This document shows positions 36,201 through 47,052 of a DNA stretch of 64,000 bases, piece by piece. Source of the stretch: Centroscyllium fabricii. Lineage: Eukaryota. The DNA is taken from positions 399,590,001 through 399,654,000 of the forward strand of contig JBNRSN020000002.1 of assembly GCA_051313645.2 (NCBI GenBank), given 5' to 3'. The stretch's first letter is position 1. Each line of letters starts with the position of its first letter. Position numbers and translations under genes: made by a program. The notes under the pieces are model-generated. The model did not search any database, had not been told where the DNA came from, and was given only the letters and a program-made list of their open reading frames with translations.

Positions 36201-36672
36201 CGTTGACTTTAATCCCCATCATGGAATTTGATAGGGAGTGCGGCCTAGCCTGGTCGACCGTGGCTGAGGCCGAAGTGTGTGTGTTTGTGTGGGAGCCCTC
36301 CGCTGGCCGGGGCCGTGCCCAAGATGGCAGCGCCCGTGATTCGCACATGGTCGGCCGCTGTGGACAAAATGGCGGCGCCGGGGAGTTGCACATGGCTAGC
36401 TGCTGAAGACAAGATGGCGGCACCGGTGGGTCGCACATGGCTGGCCACTGCGGACAAGATGGCGGCACCCGTGTTCCGCACGCGGCGGGCCGCTGTGGAT
36501 GCGGTGGCGGTGCCCGTGGTTCGCACACAGCGGGCCACGGTGGCTGGGTTGGCGGTGCCCGTGATTCGCACGCAGCGGGCCACGCTGGGCGAGATGCCGG
36601 TGTAGGGGGGTCGCACATGGCCGGCCGTGGCCGAGTTTGGCGTGCCGTGAGCGCGGCCGGCCTCTGCCGCAT
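33292..36672 (-). CDS. Gypsy pol (PR-RT-RNase H-integrase), open frame; the last residues run into flanking DNA
   Basis: LFDTGS, IDLKSAYHQ, PFGVTN, YLDN, DASDFA, HPG..CPVC, SVDFKGP/HSDRG/QVERENG. Confidence 0.92.
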   Translation of the reverse strand: MRQRPAALTARQTRPRPAMCDPPTPASRPAWPAACESRAPPTQPPWPAVCEPRAPPPHPQRPAACGTRVPPSCPQWPAMCDPPVPPSCLQQLAMCNSPAPPFCPQRPTMCESRALPSWARPRPAEGSHTNTHTSASATVDQARPHSLSNSMMGIKVNGHATNCLFDTGSTESFIHPDTARRYGLQILPTRYQVSLASQSHTADVTGYCSVTLTVRDCVYRNFKLYILKQLCAPVLLGLDFQCHLKSVTMEFGGTLAPLTVSSQDNPFLKRSLTCSLSTLKVDAPSLFANLDPNCKPITTKSRRYSAGDRTFIRSEVGRMLKEGIIEASTSPWRAQVVVVKAGEKPRMVIDYSQTINRYTGLDAYPLPRISDMVNQIAQYKVFSTIDLKSAYHQLPIRKADRPYTAFEANGRLYHFLRVPFGVTNGVSVFQREMDRMVDQNGLQATFPYLDNVTICSPDQQDHDANLAKFLHTAKWLDLTYNKDKCVFSTDRLAILGYMVENGVLDPDPQRMQPLQELPLPHNPKALKRCLGFFSYYAQWVPQFADKARPLLKATVFPLSVEAHTAFARIKEDIIKVTMHAFDESIPFQVESDASDFALATTLNQAGRPVAFFSRTLQGPETRHSAVEKEAQAIVEAVRYWRHYLASKHFTLLTDQRSVAFMFNNKQKGKIKNDKILRWRIELSTYEYDILYRPGKLNEPPDALSRGTCASAQLDRLKELHDRLCHPGITRLAHFVKSRSLPYSITEIKAMTRECPVCAECKPQFYRPDAAHLIKATRPFERLSVDFKGPLPSTDRNSYFRTVIDEFSRFPFAFPCPDMMSATVIKHFTTLFAIFGLPSYIHSDRGSSFMSDELRQFLLQKGVASSRTTSYNPRGNSQVERENGIILKVVSLALKSRGLPVSRWQAVLPDTLHSIRSLLCTATNATPHELLFSFPRKSTSGTALPPWLTMPGPVLLRKHVRGHKTDPLVEKVQLLHANPQYAYVQFPDGREDTISIRDLAPAGSTTAEPLVEPQPVQPLPIDHWPIYHPQPTGYWPIHTHTPEPPPLPAEDEEPDDAPQAQHPTPPPCPTGFSILSPAPPETRPHGPRKIPSTHSIMIKLVTISHSKSYVGMSCGLLISFCRKVIPC

Positions 36673-36740
36673 CAGGGTGGGAGACGGGGGCGCTTGTACC
36701 CTACCCCCGGACCATCGCTGGGTCGCGCTGCAGCTGCAGC

Positions 36741-37556
36741 TTACCTGAGGCCAAGGGCCGGTGTTGGAGCTTTCACAGGCCGCGCTGTTGTACCTGGAGC
36801 TGGACGCCGGGGCCGATTTGCAGGCCCTGGCGTAGTGTCCCTTTTTCGAGCACTTCTCGCAGGTCGCGGTCCTCGCGGGGCATTTCGCTCTTGGGTGTAA
36901 TCCCTGGCCGCAGAATTAACATTTCTTCTCCGCCGGCGTCTTCGCAGCTGCCACTGCCGTTGTGGGGGTCTCGACCCGTTGCGGGGCCGCCCAGGAGTCG
37001 AAGGTAGCGTGTGGGTTTTGGCCGCTGTACGCCTGTAGTCTGCGGCGCGCGCCATCCACAGCGTTGGAGAGGGAGATCGCCTCTTCCAGCGTTAGTGTCT
37101 CTTTCTCCAGCAGCCGCTGGCGGGCCTCTGCGGACCTGATCCCCGTTACATAGGCGTCCCGGACGAGGACATTCGCCTCCTCTTGTGCCGTCCGTGGTTT
37201 GCAGTCACAGGCCGGACAAGGGCTTGGAGCGCCAACAGGTACTGTTCATTAGACTCACCCACTAGTTGTGGTCTGGTCGCTAGCACATGTCTGGCATAGA
37301 CTGAGTGGACCGGGCGCACGTAGCATACCTTCAGTTTCTCCACGGCTTCAGTGTACGTCTTAGCGTCGCGGATGAAGGAGTATACCCGGCTGGAGATCCT
37401 TGAAGTGAGAACATGCAGCTTGTTCCCGTCGGTTGTCGCCTTGGCGGCCTCCATGTAGGCCTCGACGAGACTGAACCAGTGTGCAAAGGTATTGGCGGCG
37501 GATGGGTCCTGTGGACTAATGTCCAGCTTTTCGGGTTTCACCGCGCCGCTCTCCAT
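36741..37556 (-). pseudogene. gag, frameshifted
   Basis: MESGAVKPEKLDISPQ..VYARHVLATR..GES, homologous to the gag at 62670; Zn-knuckle remnants near 36830-36930. Confidence 0.85.
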
Positions 37557-37579
37557 TAAAAATTTTAAGCAAATAAAAT

Positions 37580-37879
37580 TGACGTATCGTCAATAATCTA
37601 ATAAGACTAAAGACGCGTAGTTATCTTAACTAAAGGCTTTTATTAGCTTACAAAGGAGCTACGCTCCGATCGAGCATCAGGTACAGAATGAGTGGGGGCA
37701 GGTCAGCCCCCACCTATAAGGCACTCACCTGAGGGGAGGAGGTAGAGGTGTGGCTGACCTGACCCCGCGACAGTGTCGCAATACAAAGCTGTGTATAGTG
37801 CACTCAGCTGCTATACATACTGGTTAATATTGTGCAACAATATTACGGTGGTAAAATAGCATATATAACGGTTACCACA
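37580..37879 (-). repeat. 5' LTR (300 bp)
   Basis: TG..CA ends shared with the solo LTR at 42626-43000; TTATAG and AATAAA on the minus strand. Confidence 0.9.
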
Positions 37880-38752
37880 GGCATAAAGGATCAGATGGGT
37901 GGAGCACATAGCGTAAAATCGGGCGTGCAAGATTTTACACCTGTAACAGAGTCTGCCTGATCGTCTGCCCATTTAAATTAATAGTCAGAAAATTGGACAG
38001 ACTGCATTCTGGGATTGTTGAGGGATAAATAGGGGCCTGTTGGTCTCCAGCTACTCTCAGGTGGGGAAATTGGTCTCCCACTGGAAACCGGTGCGAAGTG
38101 GGCGGAGCGATCAGCCTACAATGAAGATGATGGCCTGAGACTCGCTGGAAATTTGGCCTCATCTACATAATACCGATGCGCTGCGGATGCCAATTAGACA
38201 TCCTGATGCAGACTTCCATCTGGGGGCCTTCTCCGAATTCGGGCAGCTTGGTGTCCGAGCCAGCCCGCAGCTACGTACTGAGGGGTATTGGGGGGGGGGG
38301 GGCGGTGAATGGGAGGGTGATGAACATGGAAGCAGCAAGTGGCATTGCTGTGGATCCAGGAATGGCACTCCTGCTTCTCTTGGCTTCACATGAAGAGATG
38401 AAACTTACTGTTCCTCAGCGGCCTCCAGCGGGCCTTTTACGGCCTGTTGGCTAGGCCGCTGTAAACCCAGATAAACTGAGAGGAACACGTGCAGTGTGTG
38501 CTCTGCCCAGTTTTTGCTGATTTTGGCATTGGGGCCCTAAAACAGGCGTTCAGCCCCTCATTAGCACATTCAAAAGGGCTACTGCCTATTGTCTTCTCCA
38601 AGGACTGGCAATGGGTGTCCAGAATAACTTTTCAGTAAAATGTCGGATTATTAGTTGGGCAATTTCCCCTAACTTTACCTTATATTCTTTTGATGACATA
38701 ATAGTTACCGCAGCCCCAGTGTCCAATTCAAATTTACACTTAATACATTAAT

Positions 38753-40533
38753 GGCCCAGAAATTCCAGTCCCAACGTGTGAGTTCGTGCTGGGCACTCAC
38801 CTGCAGGCCCATCGGAAGTGCCGGTTTCGTGCATGCACAGCGCATGTGCACACAACCGGCACTTCCGATCCCCTGACAGAAGGGGTCAGGGGTCGGAACG
38901 CTTGTGCATGCGTGGCAGCGGGTGCGCAATGCACTTTCGATTTTGTTTACAGGTCTGTGTGCGGCTAAGTGTTTCTAGTTTCTAGACCCTTACTGTTTCT
39001 AGTATACATCAACGATTTGGATATGGGAGTAGGGGGTATGATCAGCAAATTCGCTGATGATACGAAAATCGGAAGGGTGGTAAACAACGATGAGGATAGT
39101 AAGGGGCTTCAGGAGGATATAGATATAATGGTTAATTGGGCAGAAAAATGGCAAATGGAGTTCAACCCAGAGAAATGCGAGGTCATTCAATTCGGTAGAC
39201 CAAATGGGGTAAGGGAATATACCATGAACAACAAAACGTTAAATAGGACCGAGGAACAGAGGGACCTGGGGGTACAGGTGCACAGCTCCCTGAAGGTTGC
39301 TGGACACGTTAACAAGGTGGTTAAGAAGGCATACGGAATTCTCGCCTTTATTAACCAGGGCATAGTATACAAAAGTAGGGAGGTAATGTTAAACTTGTAT
39401 AACACACTGGTGAGACCTCAGCTGGAGTACTGTGTGCAGTTCTGGTCACCGCACTTCAGGAAGGATGTGGTTGCCCTGGAAAGGGTGCAGAGAAGGTTTA
39501 CCAGGATGATACCTGGTCTGGGGGACTTATGCTACGAAGAAAGGCTGGACAGGCTGGGGTTGTTTGCCTTGGAGAAGAGAAGGTGGAGGGGTGACATGAT
39601 TGAGGTGTACAAGATCATGAGGGGACACGATAGGGTAGACAAAGGGGCATTGTTTCCCCTGGTGGGAGAGTCAAGTACTAGGGGACATAGATTCAAGATC
39701 AGGGGGGGGAGGTTTAGGGGGGAGGTAAGGAGAAATTTCTTTACCCAGAGGGTGGTGGAAGTCTGGAACTCCCTGCCTGTGAGGGTGGTGGAGGCAGGAA
39801 CCATCACAACATTTAAAAAATACTTGGACCAGCACATGAAGGACCATAACATACAGGGTTATGGGCCAGGTGCGGGCAATTGGGGTTAGTACAGTGAGGA
39901 GTTTTTCTGGGCCGGTGCGGACTGGATGGGCCGAATGGCCCTTATCCGCACTGTAAAATTTCTATGATTCTATGATTCTATGAAGTATGGAGAAAGATAC
40001 GGCTCCTATTTTCAAGTGCAAAGACTGGTTTTCAGAAGGTAAGTGGTGAATTAATTCAATTAAAAAAAAAGTTTCCACAGGTTTTTTATTTTTAAATACT
40101 TTAAAGAAAGGTAAGTTTATTTTTGGCCCCGTTAAAAAGTTTAATTATTTTTTTCAAAATTTTTAATTTTTGTTTAAAATAGCTAATTTATTTAATTGAT
40201 AGTTATTTTAAAACATGTGATGTTTTTAAAAAAAATATTTGAAGATTTACTGAGGTTTTGGGGCTTGTAGTATTCATAAGTTTGACAGATCTTCTTGTCA
40301 AACTTATGAATGGAGTATTCTGTGCTCTGATTGGCTCTCTGTGGCCCACGTGATCCCGCGCGATCCCTCACACTATCTGCACCGCTGGGATCCAGGAGGG
40401 CGGTGCGCCGGCACTTCAGGAAGGCCCCGTATCAGGATTCCATGCGGGCCCATAGCTCAACGGCCGGCGCGCTAGGTAAGTGCAGGTTGGAGGCTTACAC
40501 TCGCGGGAAGCCTCCAACCCGAATTTCTGGCCC
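38753..40533. mobile_element. Non-autonomous TIR element hosting a CR1
   Basis: GGCCCAGAAATTC / GAATTTCTGGCCC ends. Confidence 0.7.
38985..39983 (+). mobile_element. Young 5'-truncated CR1 with an uninterrupted RT C-terminal ORF
   Basis: ORF 38969..39889: [35 protein letters not shown]; (TTCTATGA)n tail. Confidence 0.95.
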
Positions 40534-42625
40534 ATTTTCTCTCCAGACCTGGATTTTTGTCTTTCCTTCTGTTGATTCCTCAATGTGCTATGAATTGGAG
40601 CTTCCTTTTCTTTCCTTTCAAAGCTCAGACAAAGCGGTCTCCTAGTGCATTATTGAGAAATCCGCCAAAGTCAAGTTTCGCACATTTTACTCAGTTCTAC
40701 CACAAACTGAGCAACATTTTCATCATCCCTTTGCCTCCTCTGGTTAAACAGAATTGTATTCCACCACAATCTGTAACCTCATGGCCCGGCATGTCCCTCA
40801 CTCTACCATTACCGTCAAGCCAAGGGACCAGCCCTGATTCAATGAGGAGTGCAGAAGAGCCTGCTAGGAGCAGCACAAGGTGTACCTAAAACTGAGGTGC
40901 CAATCTAGGGAAGCTACAACACAGGACTACATGCATGCTAAACGGCAGAAGCAGCAGGCTATAGACAGAGCTAGGCAGTCCCACAATCAATGGATAAGAT
41001 CAAAGTTCTGCAGTCCTGCCACATCCAGTCGTGAATGGTGGTGGACCATTAAACATTTCAGGGGAGGAGGAGGCTCCATGAATATCCCATTCTCAATGAT
41101 GGTGGAGCCAAGTACGTGAATGCGAAAGACAAGGCTGAAGCGTTTGCAATGCTATTCAGCCAGAAGTGCCGAGTAGATGATTCATATCGGCCTCCTCCTG
41201 AGGTCCCCACCATCACAGAAGTCAGGCTCCAGCCAATTCGATTTACCCCAAGTGATATTAAGAAACGGCTGAGTGCACTGTATACAGTAAAGGCTATGGG
41301 CCTCGACAACATCCCGGCTGTCATGCTGAAGACTTGTGCTCCAGAACTAGCCACACCTCTAGCCAAGCTGTTCCAGTACAGCTACAACACTGGCATTTAT
41401 CTGACAATGTGGACAACTGCCCAGGTATGTTCTTTCCACAAAAAGCAGGACAAATCCAATCCAGCCAATTACCACCCCATCAGTCTATTCTCAATCATCA
41501 GCAAAGTGATGGAAGGTGTCATCGACAGTGCTATCAAGACTCACTTACTCACCAATAACCTGCTCAGTGATTCTCAGTTTGGGTTCCACCAAGACCACTC
41601 AGCTCCAGACGTCATTACAACCTTGGTCCAATCCTGGACAAAAGAGCTGAATTCCAGAGGTGAGGTGAGAGTAACTGCCCTTGACATCAAGGCAGCATTA
41701 GATGGAGTGTGGCATCAAGAAGCACCAGTTAAATTGAAGTCAATGGGAATCGGGGGAAAATTCTACACTGGCTGGAGTCGTACCTAGCACAAAGGAAGAT
41801 GGTTGTGATTGTTGGAGGTCAATCACCACAGCCCCAGGACAGCACTGCAAAAGTTCCTCAGGGCAATGTCCTAGGTCCAACCATCTTCATCTGCTTCATC
41901 AATGACCTTCCCTCCATCATAAGGTCAGAAGTAGCGATGTTCGCTGATGACTGCACAGTGTTCAGTGCCATTCACAACTCCTCAGAAAATGAAGCAGTCC
42001 ATGCTCGCATGCAGCACAACCTGGACGACATTCAGACTTGGGCTGATAAATGGCAGGCAACATTTGTGCCACACAAGTGCCAGGCAATAACTATCTCCAA
42101 CAAGAGAGCATCTAACCACCATCCCTTTACATTCAATGGTATTACCATCACTGAATCCCACATCATCAACTTCCTGGGGGTCACCATTGACCAGAAATTA
42201 ACTGGACCAGCCACATATATACTGTGACAACAAGAGCAGGTCAGAGGCTGGGTGTTCAGAGGTGACTGTCTCACCTCTTGACTCCCCAAAGCCTTTCCAC
42301 CATCTACAAGGCACAAGTCAGAAGTGTGATGGAATACTCTCCACTTGCCCATATGAGAGCAGCTCCAACAACGCTCAAGAAGCTCGACACCATCCAGGAC
42401 AAAGCAGCCTGCTTGATTGGCACCCCATCCACCACCTGAAACATTTACTCCCTCCACCACCGGCATACCGTGGCTGCAGTGTGTACCATCTACAAGATGC
42501 ACTGCAGCAACTCGCCAAGGCTTCGTCGGCAGCACTTCCCAAACCCACAACCTCTACCACCGAGAAGGACAAGGGCAGCAGGCGCATGGGAACACCACCA
42601 CCTCCAAGATCCCCCAGTTACACAC

Positions 42626-43000
42626 TGACGTATCGTCAATCAAACATGAAAGACGAGCAGTTACCCAAACTACAGGCTTTTATTAATTTACAATGGAGCT
42701 AGTCTCCTGTCGAGTTCAAGGCGAGAATGAGCGGGGGCAGGGCGGCCCTCATCTATAAGCTCCCACCTGAGGGGAGGAGTTAGAGGTGTGGCTGACCTGG
42801 CCTTGCACACAATGTACAGAGTTGAAGGTGAACACATCCATATATATACACACAATGTACAGAGGTGAAGGTGAACACATCCATATATATACACACAATG
42901 TACAGAGCTGAAGGTGAACACATCCATATATATACACACAATGTACAGAGGTGAAGGTGAACACATCCATATATATACACTGGTAATTACGGTTACCACA
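42626..43000 (-). repeat. Solo LTR related to 37580-37879
   Basis: Same termini (TGACGTATCGTCAAT ... CGGTTACCACA on +), TSD CACAC, four copies of an approximately 44-bp tandem unit. Confidence 0.92.
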
Positions 43001-43023
43001 CACACCATCCTGACTTGGAAGTA

Positions 43024-44398
43024 CAGGCTGTGCACCGTTAATCCGTTACCCGATAAGCCAGCAGCTTCAGTCTTCCGGAACAAATTGCCCCGACTGTCCT
43101 GCACATGTGCAAAATGGCTGCCGTGATCGCTGCTTCACCGAATGATCTGCGCATGCGACGCCAAACGGCGAGTGCATGCGCAGATCATTCAAAACGGCTG
43201 CCGGAAGAGAAGTGATGCCTGTGCTCCCAGAATGCTGCGGGTGGGTGGGTGAGGAAGATGGCGCTGAGCGGCCGGCGGTGCGGACACGGAGCGGCTTCCT
43301 TGTAAAAGCTGGGCTGAAGCCGGTGGGAGAATAATGTGAGTGTGAAATGTTTCCCGCGCCGACATTGTTGATGAAAAGGCCTGCTCCCTCTATCTGCGCG
43401 AGGAGTGAGAAGTTCCGCGGCTGCAGCTATCACATCCATAAACATTCCCCCACAAGCTTTCAAATGTATCTCCCCTCCCGGCTTCTCTAGTTTTGGAAAA
43501 AGGTCATCGACCTGAAAGATTAACTCTGCTCCTCTCTCCACTGATGCTGCCTGGCCTGCTGAGTTTCTCCAGCATTTGTCTGTTGTTATTTAACATTTCT
43601 TTAAGACTTGCAGCTCTCGAGTGTCTGTTGAACACCCGCTCGGCTTGGTCTGAAGGCGATGGCGGACTTGCTCCGAGAAGAGCACGGAAAGGTAAAGGCC
43701 ATCAATAAGAGGGCGGCGAGTTTTACGAATGAGACGGAGCCGCTGGACTGGCGGCCTGGGCTGGAATGGGCTCCTCGGGCGCGCCCTTGAGCCCGGCTTC
43801 TCTTTAAAGGGAATACCAACAGAAAACCCTGGAGAAACTCAGCGGGCCAGGCAGCATCGGTGGAGAGAGGAGCAGAGTTGACGTTTCAGGTCGATGACCT
43901 TTTTTCAAAACCTTTTCTCTTTAAAGGGATCGCGCCTCACCGCCTGGCTTCAAATGTCACGGATCCCCGCAAACCCGCCGCAAGCTCTTCACTGCCGTCC
44001 GGCTAACTGGGCGCAGCCCCTCCACCCCTTCCCCACCGGGGGCGGCGGCCAGTTTGCTGCTGTACTTTGTGCTGACTCTCTGTCCCGGGTCTGGACTTTG
44101 CACCGATTCCATGGGCTTCGGCCCCGCTCGGTTAGAAATCTCCGCTCAGAGTCGCGGGGAGAGAGAAAGGAACCGGGCATTTGATTAAAAAGTGGTGTGC
44201 CTCATTTTTAATTTAAAAAAGTACATGAGTTTCGAATTCTTCAAAACTTCGCGGCAGCCATTTCCAATGTTATGCGCATGCGCGCGGCCAGTTTTAATGA
44301 TGCGCGCATGCGCACTGGCCGGCTTCATTCTCCCGGTTTTTTCGGTATACCGGCGCAGGCCTAGTCCCGCCCGTGCCAAATTAATGGTGCACAACCTG
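43024..44398. mobile_element. Long TA-flanked TIR element with heterologous cargo
   Basis: TA|CAGGCTGTGCACCGTTAAT ... ATTAATGGTGCACAACCTG|TA; the host LINE 3' sequence resumes on either side. Confidence 0.88.
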
Positions 44399-46703
44399 TA
44401 TATCATTGTTCCTTCATCATCGCCGGGTCAAAATCCTGGAACTCTCTCCATCATAGCGCTGTGGGAGTACCTTCACCTCATGGACTGCCGCGGTTCAAGA
44501 AGACGGCTCACCACCATCTTCTCAAGGGCAATTGGGGATGGGCAATAAATTGCCAGCGACGTCCACAATCCATGAACGAATAAAAACATGAACCTTTCTG
44601 CAAGTAGATTTGGGCTCAGGTGCTGTCTGATCATTGGACTAACTCCTCATATATTTTGTTTCTCAGGCAGGAGCGATCAGATTCTTAATCAATGTAGATG
44701 TTGTAGGTCTGCAAATTATAATCAAAATTGCTTTTTTTGGGGCATCTATTACAAGTTAATTTGCTTCAAGATAAAAATGTAGACCATGATATTTACCAGG
44801 TAGGTGGGTTGGAGGGGAGGCCTGTGGGTGGGGGTTGGCCTTATGGTGGTGACCGGAGGCCTTGTAGGGGGGGTGGTCTCCGATCACGGAGGGTGGTTAT
44901 GGTCAGGGCCCTGGATCCGGGAGGTAGGTAGGTTTAAGTGCCGGGTTTCACGAATTGTGTGAAACTCGTCCCCAGGCAGTTAAATTTAAAATGATGGGGA
45001 AAATAGATGCTTCCAGCCTCGTTGCAGTGTTTACATTGAAGTAACGCCTGCTGGGAGAGGCTTGGTCGTCCTTCCTCCGTCCCGCCTCTGGGAAAACCGG
45101 AAGTGGGTGGACTGAAGGCGAGATCATGTCAGGAATCTCATTTTTAACATTTTAACTATCCCCACGCTCCAAACCCACCCGGTTTTTTAGGGGAAAATTC
45201 CGGCCTAAGTCATCATACATACTTACTCCAGCTCAACCCCATTGATATTCTCTAATTTTTTTAACTAATGCTGACATTTAAAAAATGGTGACAAGATAGA
45301 CCACAACCTAACTAACAAATATGTCCATAATTCAATTTTTTTCAACAGTGCGTCGACCATTGTCCTTTTCACCACTGTTATGTCCGAATAAACACTCAAT
45401 GAGTACAACAGTTAGTCCGAATAAACACTCAATGAGTACAACTAACTGTTTCTTTATGCAACAATACAAACTTCAGTTACACAGCCCACTACCTCCTCTT
45501 CAGCTGTTGGTGCTGCTAAAGTACCTACTGAATGGAAGGCAGCCAATCAGCAAACTAGGAATTTCCTCAGCTATTGAATAAATGTTCCAGCAGTCAGAGC
45601 GGTAGCGTTTAGTAGAAAGGCATTGTTCCAGTATGAGTGATGCTGTGTTAACTGCATTGAACCCACATGAGAGGAACAATCGTACAGCAAAGGAACAATG
45701 CGTCTCTGAAGTGATTTGTATCAATGGATTAAATGTCAGGTTGGAAAATGTGTCTTCATAGTAACTGCAGACCAAGGGAGCACAAGCTGCATCAAAAGAA
45801 TGATGTTACTTCAGCAAACATAATCAGTCATAAAATATTAGACGCTGCTGTAATGTTCCCCTTTTACTGATGTGGGCCCACTTAATGCTCCGTGAAGAAA
45901 TGGGATAGGCTAAGAACCATGCAACTTCTCAAAAAATTGGAACCAGTTTCTGGTTGTTTCAGCAAAGACCCTTCCCAAAATCTTGCTGAATGTATCATTA
46001 ACAAATCTCTCTCTTTTTCTTCTTTCCTTTCAGGTGTGAGGTGATGGGTGATATTGCATGGTGTGCTGGGGACAGGAACTACCACCAGCTGCAATTGTGA
46101 TGGGGGTGGTGGGGAATGTATCTCTGAGTGACTCCCATTGCATCACCTCCTTCAAACTATCATTCTTCTCCCACCCACAGGCTCCCATCATATCTTCAAC
46201 TCCTTCACTTTCCCAATTCTCATTCACATTCATACTACCATTTCACTTCTGTCACTAACCCATTTCTTCCTCTTTTAACGAACTGCTGAATCCTTGTTTC
46301 CTCCCTTTCCCTTGCTCCACTATCACCCACTTGACCCGTAGACCTCCATCCAATCTCCCCACGCCCATTTGTTCCCTGCAAGAGGCCAGATGTCCCCTCG
46401 CCCACAGCCAGTTACCTCCTACACCTCTTTCCTATCTGTTTGCCTCAAAGAGGCATGGTTATCTTTCAAAATTCTACTTTTTATAAAAAATAAGTGTAAA
46501 TTCCCGAATGTGGAACAAAACTATAGGAGTTCATTTTTGTCTCTCTGCCGTTCCATTTTTTGACGTGAACAGAGCAAGATGAAAATCACAAGACACAATT
46601 GCCTACTTACTGCTAGAGGCTTTCCTATTTTGATTATCAGGTGGACCTCAAATTAGGCAGACAACTCTTCCACCAAAAACTGAAAGGAACCTAATGAATG
46701 TAT

Positions 46704-46942
46704 TGTGGCAGACCGCCGGCTGGCGAATCCGCCTCGGGAATACTGCGGGGCATAGCCCCGCCCACCGGGTGATGCGATGACGTCACCACGTCTCAGCGTG
46801 ATGACGTCAGAGGCGAGCGGGGGGTTTAAAAGAGCCTGCTCCTCGTGGCTCAGTCTCTTTCTGTTGTAGCTCTGTGAAATAAAGAAGTGTTGACTGTCTC
46901 TCTTCGGCTCCTGCTTGATCCTTGGGTCCTGTAAGCACTACA
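46704..46942 (+). repeat. 5' LTR
   Basis: TGTGGC...CACTACA; contains TTTAAAA and AATAAA. Confidence 0.97.
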
Positions 46943-47052
46943 GTGGTGACCCCGTCTTGGAACGTCTTCCGAGAAGAAAATAGCAGCTTAACAGGGTTTA
47001 AGCCAAGCAGTCTGTACAGCCTCAGGACAGTTTAATAACGCAACCTGCAACA

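Larger units (their letters stand above)
33470..37879 (-). mobile_element. Gypsy LTR retrotransposon lacking a tRNA PBS; 3' LTR missing
   Basis: LTR TGTGGTAACC...TACGTCA, gag ATG 24 nt downstream, long open pol; the 3' end abuts a TIR-element start at about 33403-33465. Confidence 0.92.
40650..44586 (+). mobile_element. LINE (CR1/L2-group RT), 3' half, interrupted twice
   Basis: LKTCAPELATPL, QFGFHQDHS, LDIKAA, VPQGNVLGP, FADD; its 3' end is colinear with 51927-52505 once the inserts are removed. Confidence 0.9.

Noticed and set aside
42749-43126. Repetitive Cys/Tyr-rich ORFs and a CRISPR-like periodicity
   Set aside because: Translations of the 44-bp tandem repeat in a solo LTR; there are no unique spacers and the context is eukaryotic.
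45500-45775. 91-aa ORF faintly resembling a Harbinger C-terminus
   Set aside because: The similarity is too weak to support by eye.
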